A stretch of 64,000 nucleotides of DNA, taken from positions 9,125 through 73,124 of the IMG/VR virus record IMGVR_UViG_3300032046_006283; one strand, 5' to 3'. The notes under the pieces are model-generated. The model saw only the letters and a list, made by a program, of their open reading frames with translations. It was not told the DNA's origin and did no database searches. The translations under genes and the position numbers were made by a program. Origin of the DNA: a virus. Positions 49,622 to 58,652 of the stretch are shown here, piece after piece (within the stretch, counting starts at the first letter, position 1; each line of letters begins with the position of its first letter).

Positions 49622-49984
49622 TCATCTCATCATCGAATTAATTATACAAACTATTTCTTTCCAGTTATCTTCAAATCTTATACCCCTGTCATCAATATAA
49701 ACATCTGCAACTACTTTTCCTTCAATTCCTTCATCAACCTTATCAAAAGGAATATTATTTTCTCTCAAAAACTTTTCCATAATTTGTTTTTGAGCTGCTC
49801 TTTCAGTAATACTTGAATGTATCATAGCATTTGTTCTACAAGATGTAACAATAATGAAACATCCTAAATAATCTTTCAATAAATTAATACTATAAACAAC
49901 ATCTTCCTTCAAAGGTCCTATTTCAGGATATGTATCTTCAACTATAGTTCCATCAAAATCTATTGCAACATAAAATGGTCTCAT
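49622..49984 (-). CDS. HAD-superfamily phosphatase
   Basis: AIDFDGT, TSCR, K..ADVYIDDR. Confidence 0.8.
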   Translation of the reverse strand: MRPFYVAIDFDGTIVEDTYPEIGPLKEDVVYSINLLKDYLGCFIIVTSCRTNAMIHSSITERAAQKQIMEKFLRENNIPFDKVDEGIEGKVVADVYIDDRGIRFEDNWKEIVCIINSMMR

Positions 49985-50547
49985 TGTACACTCCTAACCT
50001 TATAACAAGCTTGTTGAATATTATCAAATTCTTCTGCAAAATTTTGCATTACAAACCTACTCCAAGAAGCTAAATCCAAATCTTTATCAAAATCTAAAAA
50101 TCCAGTAGCCCTAACAGGACAATTTTCTCCTACTTCAATATTTAATCCTATATGTATAAGGCCTGAAACCAAAGACTTTGTTGCAATTGAAACAGAAAAC
50201 TTTTTATCATTAATAAAAATATCATCTCCTTTTCGTTCTATTGACATATCTTCCAAACTAGCTCTCCGTTGAAGATGATCAACAATTATTGAAATAAAAA
50301 GTCTTTGAAAAGCAACTGTTTCTCTTAAAGAGGCATCAAAAATTTCAATAATAAAATGTAACATTTTTTCACTACTAATATAATCTCCGGCTAAACGATC
50401 TTCACAATCAACCAAATGTTCTCTCACTTTCGCAGGTCCTATAAAACAAACAATACTATTACCTACAAGATCATTTTCATAACCAAAAAGCGAATGCAGC
50501 TGTGTACCATCATACTTTAATTCATTTTCTAAAAATTTATATTTCAT
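49981..50547 (-). CDS. DUF366 family protein (biotin/lipoate ligase-like fold)
   Basis: YDGTQL, SIVxFxGP, LVDxED, MLHFIxE, QRL, RKGDD, KFSVSIA, HIGLN; directly downstream of queC. Confidence 0.75.
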   Translation of the reverse strand: MKYKFLENELKYDGTQLHSLFGYENDLVGNSIVCFIGPAKVREHLVDCEDRLAGDYISSEKMLHFIIEIFDASLRETVAFQRLFISIIVDHLQRRASLEDMSIERKGDDIFINDKKFSVSIATKSLVSGLIHIGLNIEVGENCPVRATGFLDFDKDLDLASWSRFVMQNFAEEFDNIQQACYKVRSVQ

Positions 50548-50549
50548 AT

Positions 50550-51251
50550 TTACTCCTTTTGATATTCTATTGTATCTTTTAAATTGTTTGCTTCAAACGC
50601 TGCTAACCTTTCAATACAAGCGGGACATTTACCACAAGAAGGTTTACCTTTATAACAGGAATGAGTTAAATGATATGGAACACCTAATTTCATTCCTATA
50701 TCAACGATTTCTATCTTTGTCTTTTCAACAAATGGTGTATGAATAAATACTTCCACTCCATGCGTAGAACCTAAACTTAATGCCTTTTCTAAGCAAGTAA
50801 AGAAAGGTCTACGGCAATCTCTATATGATTCATAATCTTCTTTCACAGGAGTCATATAAATTTCAATAGGATTAAGTTCTAAAGATTCTCCGTATGCCGC
50901 TGCTAATGTAGCTAACATTACATTACGAAAAGGAACAACTGTTTGAATCTGATCTTCCATATTTTCAGGAACCTTCCAAGTATTATCTGTTAAAGCACTA
51001 TGACCTATGTGAGTTAAATCAAAATTTAAAACCTTTAAATCTTTTACTACATAATCTCCATACCTTTTTTGATACTCTTCAACAACCTTTTTTGCAGCTT
51101 CCAATTCCACGACATGTTTTTGACCATAATTAACACTCAAAGAATAAATTTCACTCATTACAAATTCAAATTTAGGATCTAACAAATAACCGAGTAAAGT
51201 TGCCGAATCCATACCACCTGATAAAAGAATTATACATCTTGGTCTTGTCAT
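50550..51251 (-). CDS. queC: 7-cyano-7-deazaguanine synthase
   Basis: LSGGMDS, NYGQKH, VPFRN, YxDCR, SCY, CGKCPAC. Confidence 0.92.
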   Translation of the reverse strand: MTRPRCIILLSGGMDSATLLGYLLDPKFEFVMSEIYSLSVNYGQKHVVELEAAKKVVEEYQKRYGDYVVKDLKVLNFDLTHIGHSALTDNTWKVPENMEDQIQTVVPFRNVMLATLAAAYGESLELNPIEIYMTPVKEDYESYRDCRRPFFTCLEKALSLGSTHGVEVFIHTPFVEKTKIEIVDIGMKLGVPYHLTHSCYKGKPSCGKCPACIERLAAFEANNLKDTIEYQKE

Positions 51252-51265
51252 TTTATTATTCTCCT

Positions 51266-51736
51266 TTATTTCTTATTGTTTTCATAAGGAAATTCGATCC
51301 AACTATCTGCGTCTGCCCCTGCAATGAAATAATCAGGATCAAACTGCGAACCTCTTTTATAATATAATACACTTGTTCTAATATTATTGAACCCTTTTTC
51401 TTTATATAAATCAACTACTACCTGCATTGTCTTTCCCGTATCACATAAATCATCAATGATCAAAATTTTACTTTCTTTTGTGATATCAGGAAAGCACAAA
51501 TATGAAGGTTTTCCAAGTTTTAACTTTGATTGTTTATTTTCTTTAGTATAAGAACTAGCAACAATTATGTCTAGTGGAACGTTATAAGCTTCAGATATTA
51601 TAAGTCCTGGAAGAAGTCCTCCACGAGAAATCGCAACAACAAGATCAATTTCTTCTTGAGCATGAACCAACAACATTTCTTTAAGTTTATTAATTAGTTG
51701 TAAATAATATTCCCAAGATACTTTTTCTATATTCAT
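51266..51736 (-). CDS. Type I purine phosphoribosyltransferase
   Basis: AISRGG, PRPP loop LIIDDLCDTGKT, WIEFPYE. Confidence 0.85.
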   Translation of the reverse strand: MNIEKVSWEYYLQLINKLKEMLLVHAQEEIDLVVAISRGGLLPGLIISEAYNVPLDIIVASSYTKENKQSKLKLGKPSYLCFPDITKESKILIIDDLCDTGKTMQVVVDLYKEKGFNNIRTSVLYYKRGSQFDPDYFIAGADADSWIEFPYENNKK

Positions 51737-52518
51737 TTATTAACCTCTAATAAACTATTTATTGTTTTTTCGCAACATTCTTTTTTTATATCTATAACAA
51801 AACATCTTCTACCTGTTTTTTCTGCCTCAACTAATGTAGTGCCGGATCCTACAAAAGGATCAAATATAATATCATTAATAACTGAGTACATTCGAATAAG
51901 TCTGTAAGGTATTTCATTTGGAAATGGAGACATTTTTTCATAATCTTTTTTACCTGCAATTGCCCAAATTTGAGAAAACCACTTATTTCTTTCTTCAAAA
52001 GTATAAGCACTTGCATATCTATTTTTATCTTTTGACAAAAACTTTCTAATATTTCCTTTTCTAAATAATAAAATAAATTCACAGTCAAGAGTTACATAAG
52101 CATTAGTTGGAAGCATTCCACTCCCTAAAAAACTATTAGGTTTATTTGTTGGTTTTTTCCACAAAATATAAGGTAAAACATTAAAACCCAAATTTCTAAA
52201 ATTATTCAATATTATAGAATGATTTTCCCATAATTGAAAATTATCATTAATTTTCCGTAACGCATCTCCTATATTAATACAAACAATACCTCCTTCAATA
52301 ACACTATCAAATAAACAATCCCATACTCTATTCAAATATAAATGTTGAGACTGAAAGTTTCCTTCCCAATTCCACTTTTCAAACATAGGATAAGGAGGAG
52401 ATGTAACTACTAAATTAACTAAATGTGTTCCTAAAAGATATTTAATATGCGCAGGATTTGTAGCATCCCCCCACATTACTCGATGTTTTCCATTAGTCCA
52501 AAATTCGCCAAAATTCAC
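51733..52518 (-). CDS. DNA methyltransferase, beta class (SPPY, probably N4-cytosine)
   Basis: VTSPPY upstream of DPFVGSGTT; PFP...RLIRMYS. Confidence 0.85.
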   Translation of the reverse strand: MNFGEFWTNGKHRVMWGDATNPAHIKYLLGTHLVNLVVTSPPYPMFEKWNWEGNFQSQHLYLNRVWDCLFDSVIEGGIVCINIGDALRKINDNFQLWENHSIILNNFRNLGFNVLPYILWKKPTNKPNSFLGSGMLPTNAYVTLDCEFILLFRKGNIRKFLSKDKNRYASAYTFEERNKWFSQIWAIAGKKDYEKMSPFPNEIPYRLIRMYSVINDIIFDPFVGSGTTLVEAEKTGRRCFVIDIKKECCEKTINSLLEVNK

Positions 52519-53180
52519 TATACACCTCTTTTGTTTCCCCAGATTATTTTATGTATTTGAAGACTAAGTTTTACATTAAGATTATCTTTTAAAATCCATT
52601 TCGCAAGATCTTTTGGATTCAATTTTTCCCAAACCGGAGAAAACAAAATACTTCCTTTAATATTAAAATTTGTAATAATTTTCTTAGCAAAATTATAATC
52701 ATTTTTATTAGCAATTACAAATTTCACCTCATCATCTTGACGAATATCTTTTAAATTAATCCAACACATTTTTTCAGTCATTCCAGTAGAAGGACATTTT
52801 ATATCCATGCTAAAAGTCACATATGCTAAATACTTTTGTATAGGAATACTTCCGTTAGTTTCAATTAAAATAAAATATCCATTATTATATAATTTCTCAA
52901 CAAGAACAAAAGAAGTAGGATCTAACAATGGTTCTCCTCCTGAAAGTAATATATTTTTACAATTATATTTTTTTACTTGATTTAAAATGTCATTTATTGA
53001 CATTTCTTTTCCTTGATTATAAGCATATGGAGTATCACAAAAACCTTTTCCATTATAATTACAACGTAAATTACATCCTGTAGTTCTTATAACAATAATA
53101 CGAGTTCCACTAGTTTTCCCTTCGCCAGATAAAGTATAATATATTTCATTAATTTTCAATTTATCATCTTTCAATATCAT
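52518..53180 (-). CDS. queE: 7-carboxy-7-deazaguanine synthase
   Basis: EIYxTLSGEG, GCNLRC(insert)FCDT, GGEPL, IETNG, KFVI, QIHK. Confidence 0.9.
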   Translation of the reverse strand: MILKDDKLKINEIYYTLSGEGKTSGTRIIVIRTTGCNLRCNYNGKGFCDTPYAYNQGKEMSINDILNQVKKYNCKNILLSGGEPLLDPTSFVLVEKLYNNGYFILIETNGSIPIQKYLAYVTFSMDIKCPSTGMTEKMCWINLKDIRQDDEVKFVIANKNDYNFAKKIITNFNIKGSILFSPVWEKLNPKDLAKWILKDNLNVKLSLQIHKIIWGNKRGV

Positions 53181-53790
53181 TAATTACTCCTTGTTTCAAC
53201 CAACTTTTTATAGGTTCAAAAGTTTTTCTATGATATGGAGTAAGTCCATATTTTTTAATTGCTTCAAGATGCTGTTTTGTACCATATCCAATATTAGTTC
53301 CCCATCTGTATACTTTATACTTTGGATTTTCGCCAACTAACTTTTTTATATATCTATCTCTTAATACTTTTGCAATAACAGAAGCAGCCATAATTGCAGA
53401 AATTTTTGTATCCCCTTTCACAATCCATCTTTGAGATGCTTGTAACTTTTCTATATGTCCTTTTCCATCTATTAATACTTTATCTGGAATTCCTTTTCTT
53501 TCAATTACTTTATCAATAGCTCTTTTCATAGCTAAACGTTCTGCATAATAAATATTCAATTCTTCAATTTCCTCAACACTCGCATGACCTATTGCAAAAG
53601 TAATTTTTAAATCTTCAATTTGTTTAAAAACTTCTTCTCTTTGTTTAAAATTTAATTTTTTTGAATCATTTAATCCTTCGATATTATATTTTTTATCCCA
53701 CCATATAGCACCTGCAACGACAGAGGCTACCAAACTTCCACAGCCACAAGCATCACATCCAATTATATGTTTAAATATTTTCATTACCAT
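53164..53790 (-). CDS. rnhB: Ribonuclease HII homolog with an altered first motif
   Basis: DSKKL, IDG, KGD, AASVIAKVxRD, GYGT, HRKTF; N-terminal GCDACGCG in place of DEAGRG. Confidence 0.8.
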   Translation of the reverse strand: MVMKIFKHIIGCDACGCGSLVASVVAGAIWWDKKYNIEGLNDSKKLNFKQREEVFKQIEDLKITFAIGHASVEEIEELNIYYAERLAMKRAIDKVIERKGIPDKVLIDGKGHIEKLQASQRWIVKGDTKISAIMAASVIAKVLRDRYIKKLVGENPKYKVYRWGTNIGYGTKQHLEAIKKYGLTPYHRKTFEPIKSWLKQGVINDIER

Positions 53791-54086
53791 CCATCTCCGC
53801 TATCTGGCCAAGGGTCCATCAATTCTTCTGTGGTTATTCCTAATAATCTCATCATTTGATTACTGCTCATACCCTCAGTTCCAGTATCTACTTTGATTGA
53901 TTCATTTTTCCAACATTCATCTACAGAATTATTTAGATTAGTTTCTATTCCATAATTTAATTGTGCCCCTTCATATCGCGCGTAAAATATCTTTCCAATG
54001 TCTAATTCTCCTTCCCATTGAGAAGGATACGCGCCAGAAGTTTTACGTAATTTTTTAAGTTTTAATCCAAGATTAATTGATTCCAT
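53784..54086 (-). CDS. Hypothetical protein
   Basis: AxPSQWEG...YARY motif; RBS present. Confidence 0.5.
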   Translation of the reverse strand: MESINLGLKLKKLRKTSGAYPSQWEGELDIGKIFYARYEGAQLNYGIETNLNNSVDECWKNESIKVDTGTEGMSSNQMMRLLGITTEELMDPWPDSGDGW

Positions 54087-54099
54087 TTTTATTCTCCTT

Positions 54100-54903
54100 T
54101 TAAAAATCCCAATTTCTTTTAAAATAAGCTACTGCATTATGTGCGTGAATACTTTCAAAAGAAATAACTTTAACACTATAACCTTTAATATTAGATATTT
54201 TATCTAGAGCAAGAGCAGTATCCCTTGCAACATCTTCTACAAACTTTGGATTCTTAAAAGAAAATTCAGTAACATACTTTTCATCTGGTCTTTTCAGTAC
54301 AGGATAAATTCCACAACTACCCATTTTTTCTAATATCGAAACAACATCTTCAATCCATAAAGGTTTTCCAACAAAGTTCAAACGTGCTGTTACAAGCGCT
54401 CTCTGATTATGTGCTCCAAATTTGCTTATTTCTTTACTGCAAGGACATAAAGTAATTATAGGAACAGATACCTCTAAATAAAACTCATATTCTTCAGAAG
54501 TTAATCGTCCAACAAAAGCACATTCATATCCTTGAATTCCAGCAACTTTTTTTACAGGTGATTCTTTCGGAATAAAATACTTAAATTTTATACTTGCATA
54601 TGAATCTTTTGTTTTAAGGCTCCTTTTTAATTCTTTCAAAAATTTCTTTAACTTTTTCGAATTCATTGTTTTATAACGATAATTCATTAAAGTAACAGCA
54701 AAACGGCTCATATTTATACCTTTTATATCTTCTGAAAGATCACCATACATTGATACAATCGCTTGAGTATGTTGATATTTTCTTTTTTCTTTCCTACCTA
54801 CTAATATTGGAAAACTAACATCTTCTATACCAACTCTATGAAGAGGAATTCCGCGTTCATCTTTCGTAGCTTGCACATCGGGCAACTGCTCTTCTTTTTG
54901 CAT
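54100..54903 (-). CDS. folE2: GTP cyclohydrolase I type B (probable start MQKEEQ at 54903)
   Basis: LPDVQ, RVGI, KGINMSR, TLCPCS, GAHNQR, KRPDE, NPKFVED, ESIHAH. Confidence 0.92.
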   Translation of the reverse strand: MQKEEQLPDVQATKDERGIPLHRVGIEDVSFPILVGRKEKRKYQHTQAIVSMYGDLSEDIKGINMSRFAVTLMNYRYKTMNSKKLKKFLKELKRSLKTKDSYASIKFKYFIPKESPVKKVAGIQGYECAFVGRLTSEEYEFYLEVSVPIITLCPCSKEISKFGAHNQRALVTARLNFVGKPLWIEDVVSILEKMGSCGIYPVLKRPDEKYVTEFSFKNPKFVEDVARDTALALDKISNIKGYSVKVISFESIHAHNAVAYFKRNWDF

Positions 54904-54940
54904 TTTACAGAATCTCCTTCTTTTATAGGATTCAAAATAA

Positions 54941-55390
54941 TTATTTTTCGTATATAGCACTTGAAGTAAGTGTTTCAAAAACTTCAACACTTACAAATTT
55001 AATTTTACTAACTCCTTGTTGAATAGAACTTCCAAAATGATTTGGCCCCCAATTAGTTACAATGTAAAAAAGATGAAACAAATGCTTAGCCATATTTTCT
55101 GCTGTAGGATTACCTTGTAAAGTAAATATTTTTGTTTTTTCAGATAGTAAACGTACTAAAGGATCTTTATCATATAATATAAGAGAATGATCCCAATTAA
55201 TATCAATCCAATTTTTAATTTCTCTCTTTATATATGAAAAATCAAGAACCATTCCCATCTCATCTAACTCTTTAGCTTCAAAAGTAAAAATTGCTTTATA
55301 AGAATGTCCATGGATATTACCACAAGAACCTTTATATCCTAGCAACCGATGTGCCGCTTCCCACTTAACTTCTTTGGTTACTTTATACAT
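54941..55390 (-). CDS. queD: 6-carboxytetrahydropterin synthase
   Basis: AAHRL, CxxIHGHSY, GMVLDF, DH, PTAEN, ET. Confidence 0.92.
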   Translation of the reverse strand: MYKVTKEVKWEAAHRLLGYKGSCGNIHGHSYKAIFTFEAKELDEMGMVLDFSYIKREIKNWIDINWDHSLILYDKDPLVRLLSEKTKIFTLQGNPTAENMAKHLFHLFYIVTNWGPNHFGSSIQQGVSKIKFVSVEVFETLTSSAIYEK

Positions 55391-56010
55391 TATTTTCCTC
55401 CTAACAATTTTTGCACTAATGGTTTACATTTCTTTATTTTATTACGAACTGTTACTCCAGTTATTTGAAGTCTTTCACCTATTTGTTCATAATTATTACC
55501 ACCTAAATACAATGCAAGGATTTGTTTTGTATCAATATCTACCGAAGCCATTAATTTTTGCACTAAATCTTTATTTTCAATTTTTCTTTCTGAATCATTT
55601 TTTATAAAAGCAGGATGAGTTAATAAGTCTTCTTGATCAATCCTAATAAAAGAATAATTTTTCTTTAATTTTTTAACAAAATTACAAGAGTAATTATAAA
55701 ATTGACTCCTCATTAAATAATTAAAACGCATTTTATTTTTTGGTTTCCATTGTAAAAGTAATCTCACTAAATCAATTTTTAATTCCTGCGCAAGCTCTTT
55801 TACATCTTCTTTGTCCTTACAAAAAGAATTTGCAACTTTACATATATAAGGAGTAATCGTACTAATTAAAGGATCTATATATATTTTATTTTTAGTTTTA
55901 TAATAGTGAACAGCTAACCAATCAACAATAGTTAAAGATTCATTTTGGCGAACAACTTTTGGAATTATAAAAGTACTGTTTTTAATTTTTATCTGAATCA
56001 TTTTTAGCAC
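55390..56010 (-). CDS. Sigma-70-like (ECF-size) phage sigma factor
   Basis: Region 2-like ELAQE...W...F; region 4 HTH NYEQIGERLQITGVTVRNKIKK. Confidence 0.6.
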   Translation of the reverse strand: MLKMIQIKIKNSTFIIPKVVRQNESLTIVDWLAVHYYKTKNKIYIDPLISTITPYICKVANSFCKDKEDVKELAQELKIDLVRLLLQWKPKNKMRFNYLMRSQFYNYSCNFVKKLKKNYSFIRIDQEDLLTHPAFIKNDSERKIENKDLVQKLMASVDIDTKQILALYLGGNNYEQIGERLQITGVTVRNKIKKCKPLVQKLLGGK

Positions 56011-56431
56011 CCTCTATTTTTTCATTGATATATTTTGATAAATCTAAATTAATATCAAATGTATCTACTCTAAAAAAAGCTTTATTTCTTTTTTTCGAAA
56101 TATTAAAAAATTGAAACTTCTTATTGAAATTTTGGGACATAAAAGATACAATTTCCTCTTTATAAGATTCCACTCGTCGCGGTATTTTTTTCTTTTTAAA
56201 ACAAAGAAGAACCTCAGGATCACCATATATGTCAAAGCAAGATGTTTCTTTAAATACTTCTGGATTCGATGCTATAAATCCAAATAATAAAAAAAGAGAT
56301 GAAAAATTTATTGTCAATTCATCAGTTTTATTATCGATAACACTACGATGCAACAAACCTAAATCAAAAACTACAAAATTACATATTCCTTGATTTTCAT
56401 TTTTAAAACCTCCAAAATAAAATTTCATCAC
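55982..56431 (-). CDS. Degenerate RNase HI-like protein
   Basis: MKFYFGG (cf. YFDG), IYGDP (cf. xGDS), ISKKRNKA (cf. IxRxxNxxAD). Confidence 0.4.
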   Translation of the reverse strand: MMKFYFGGFKNENQGICNFVVFDLGLLHRSVIDNKTDELTINFSSLFLLFGFIASNPEVFKETSCFDIYGDPEVLLCFKKKKIPRRVESYKEEIVSFMSQNFNKKFQFFNISKKRNKAFFRVDTFDINLDLSKYINEKIEGAKNDSDKN

Positions 56432-57090
56432 AGCTCCTTTACATAATATAATACACTATGAATCGCAAGATTTGAGAATTTTTCTAAAAATTTAGAATAA
56501 AAAGATTGAAGTTTCTTGATCAAAAAATCTATGTCAATTGTTTCACCACTCTTATAATAACATATTTGTAAATCAAACCACCTCTGTCCTTCATCATACC
56601 ATTGCCATAATTCTTTTAATTCATTCATATATTTTTCACGATCAAAAGATTTTGAAATTTTATAGGTTTCTTTAATTTTCTTAAAAATCTGGTCTTCAAC
56701 ATATTCCCGTGCTTTACGAAACCTTAATAGACTACTGTTGTCTTTTTCATTGTCTAAACGTTTTAATCTTTGTGTTAACATATCCAAAGAAAAAACATTT
56801 ACATATCCTATTTTCTCAGCTAAAAACTGAACAGCTTCCCAAAATGTCTTATGTTCAGCTTCCATAATAAAATCAAAAACACTTGACCCTTTTTTACATC
56901 CAAAACAATGCCAAGTATTAGTAGAAGGACAAACAAAAAAACTTTTAGTCTTATTATCAGGATGAAAAGGGCATAAAGCTACAAAATTATCTCCGGAAGC
57001 TTCTAAATCAACGCCATATTCTCCTACTAAAGCAACAATATCAACCTGAGATATAAGATCATTCAAATCTAATTTTTTAAAATTATTCAT
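56428..57090 (-). CDS. Standalone primase CHC2 zinc-finger protein (probable start ~57090)
   Basis: VDIVALV, ALCPFH, WHCFGC, FxEAVxxLA; no TOPRIM domain. Confidence 0.8.
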   Translation of the reverse strand: MNNFKKLDLNDLISQVDIVALVGEYGVDLEASGDNFVALCPFHPDNKTKSFFVCPSTNTWHCFGCKKGSSVFDFIMEAEHKTFWEAVQFLAEKIGYVNVFSLDMLTQRLKRLDNEKDNSSLLRFRKAREYVEDQIFKKIKETYKISKSFDREKYMNELKELWQWYDEGQRWFDLQICYYKSGETIDIDFLIKKLQSFYSKFLEKFSNLAIHSVLYYVKEL

Positions 57091-57253
57091 CAACATACCT
57101 AAGGTTACTACAATTTTCAGGAGCATGTTTATTACAATAAGCAAATCCCCAACGATCATACTTTGTTGCAACTTCTGCGCACTTAATATCAGCGCCTTTA
57201 ACTACAGGATATTGACAAATTAACTTTTTCACTATTCTACGCTTATCACTCAT
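57083..57253 (-). CDS. Small Cys/His protein (56 aa, absent from the ORF track)
   Basis: Manual translation MSDKRR...CQY...KC...YCNKH. Confidence 0.45.
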   Translation of the reverse strand: MSDKRRIVKKLICQYPVVKGADIKCAEVATKYDRWGFAYCNKHAPENCSNLRYVDE

Positions 57254-57255
57254 AT

Positions 57256-58647
57256 TTAAAACTCTTTATCATTTCTTTTCACTTTTTTCCAAATTTTTTG
57301 TAATCTTTCTAAATCACCTATAAAATTTACACTAAAATCAGCAAACAATTCAATTGTTTTTGATTCACTGTAACGACTTGCTACAATTTTTAAATACACT
57401 CGTTTTGCAAGCTGTGTTGCAACTTCTTCTGTCGGATTCGATCCATGCCAAATATTAAAAATAATATCGGCATGTGCACCCGCCATATCAGATAAAGCAA
57501 TATGTTCTGTGTCTACTTCATCTTGTCTAACATCCAAAGATTTTCTATTTTGTTGAGCAGCTGTCAAAATAGAAACTTTATGTGTTCTTGCAACTTCTTT
57601 TAATTCACGAAATATATTATCATATTTCTCAGATCTATCTTTAAATCGACTATTAGGAGTCATTAAATTTGCATAATCAATTAAAACAACAGAAGGTTTA
57701 ACACCAAATACTTTTTGATGTAATATAATTTCATAATCAATTGTTGCAGGAGTTACTCCTCTTGAAATATCTACAACATAAAAAGGGCATTCCTTATTTT
57801 TAAGTTGCTCTAAAGTACTTTTATAAATGCACTCTTCTTCTTCTGTCAATTTTGCATTTAATATATCATTAAAAGTAATTCCAGTATATCTACTTTCCCA
57901 CATCGTTTGTAACATTTTTAATTCCATTTCAATAGTCACATACATAACTTTATAACTTAAATCGGAAACATTACATCCAACATTAAACAAGAGGCGACTT
58001 TTTCCTTTCTTCATTCTTCCGAAGACCATCCCAAGTTTTGAAGGAAATTGACCTCCAGTTACTTGATCAAGTTCTTCAATCCCATAAGGAATCCCTTTAT
58101 ACTTTTCGGGATAAGTTTTTTTATCTACATATTCTTCCCAGCGTTCTTCTGTATCACTACCATATATGGGTTTCCTTATAACTTCTTCAAAAGAATCAAG
58201 AGTTTTAATATCCAATATTTTTTCCGTAAGATCTGCTAAAGATTCTGGAATACTTCTATCATTACTTAAATCCTCAATAATAGTAGAAACAGTAGCATAC
58301 AATTCACGTTTTATTTCTAACTCTTTCAATTCATTAAGATAAAATCTAAAACCAGAATCATCTATATGAATTTTCAAAATCTCATCATACAACATTAACA
58401 AAGCAAGTTGAAGTTCTGCAGAAAATTCTTTTTCACGTTTCTTTAAAAACTTCTCTAAAATATCACGAGATAACGCTTTATGATATTTTTTAAAATATCT
58501 ATTTATCAAATCAAATAATTTTCGATTATTCTCATCAAAAAATGTTGAAGCAGTTATTTTGGTAACTGCTTCTTCTACATAATCACTATTCTTGAGTAAA
58601 TATACAAGAATAGTTTTTTCTACTGTTATATCATTAAATTTTGACAT
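57256..58647 (-). CDS. dnaB: DnaB-like replicative helicase
   Basis: N-terminal E-xx-IL domain, GIPYG, GxxxxGKS, TIEM, IDY, TAAQxNR, SRY. Confidence 0.87.
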   Translation of the reverse strand: MSKFNDITVEKTILVYLLKNSDYVEEAVTKITASTFFDENNRKLFDLINRYFKKYHKALSRDILEKFLKKREKEFSAELQLALLMLYDEILKIHIDDSGFRFYLNELKELEIKRELYATVSTIIEDLSNDRSIPESLADLTEKILDIKTLDSFEEVIRKPIYGSDTEERWEEYVDKKTYPEKYKGIPYGIEELDQVTGGQFPSKLGMVFGRMKKGKSRLLFNVGCNVSDLSYKVMYVTIEMELKMLQTMWESRYTGITFNDILNAKLTEEEECIYKSTLEQLKNKECPFYVVDISRGVTPATIDYEIILHQKVFGVKPSVVLIDYANLMTPNSRFKDRSEKYDNIFRELKEVARTHKVSILTAAQQNRKSLDVRQDEVDTEHIALSDMAGAHADIIFNIWHGSNPTEEVATQLAKRVYLKIVASRYSESKTIELFADFSVNFIGDLERLQKIWKKVKRNDKEF

Positions 58648-58652
58648 AATTT

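Noticed and set aside
10389-58647. Inteins or group I introns in terL, polA, recA or dnaB
   Set aside because: Protein lengths and motif spacing are normal, with no C...HN-C/S/T splice motifs; the endonucleases are freestanding ORFs
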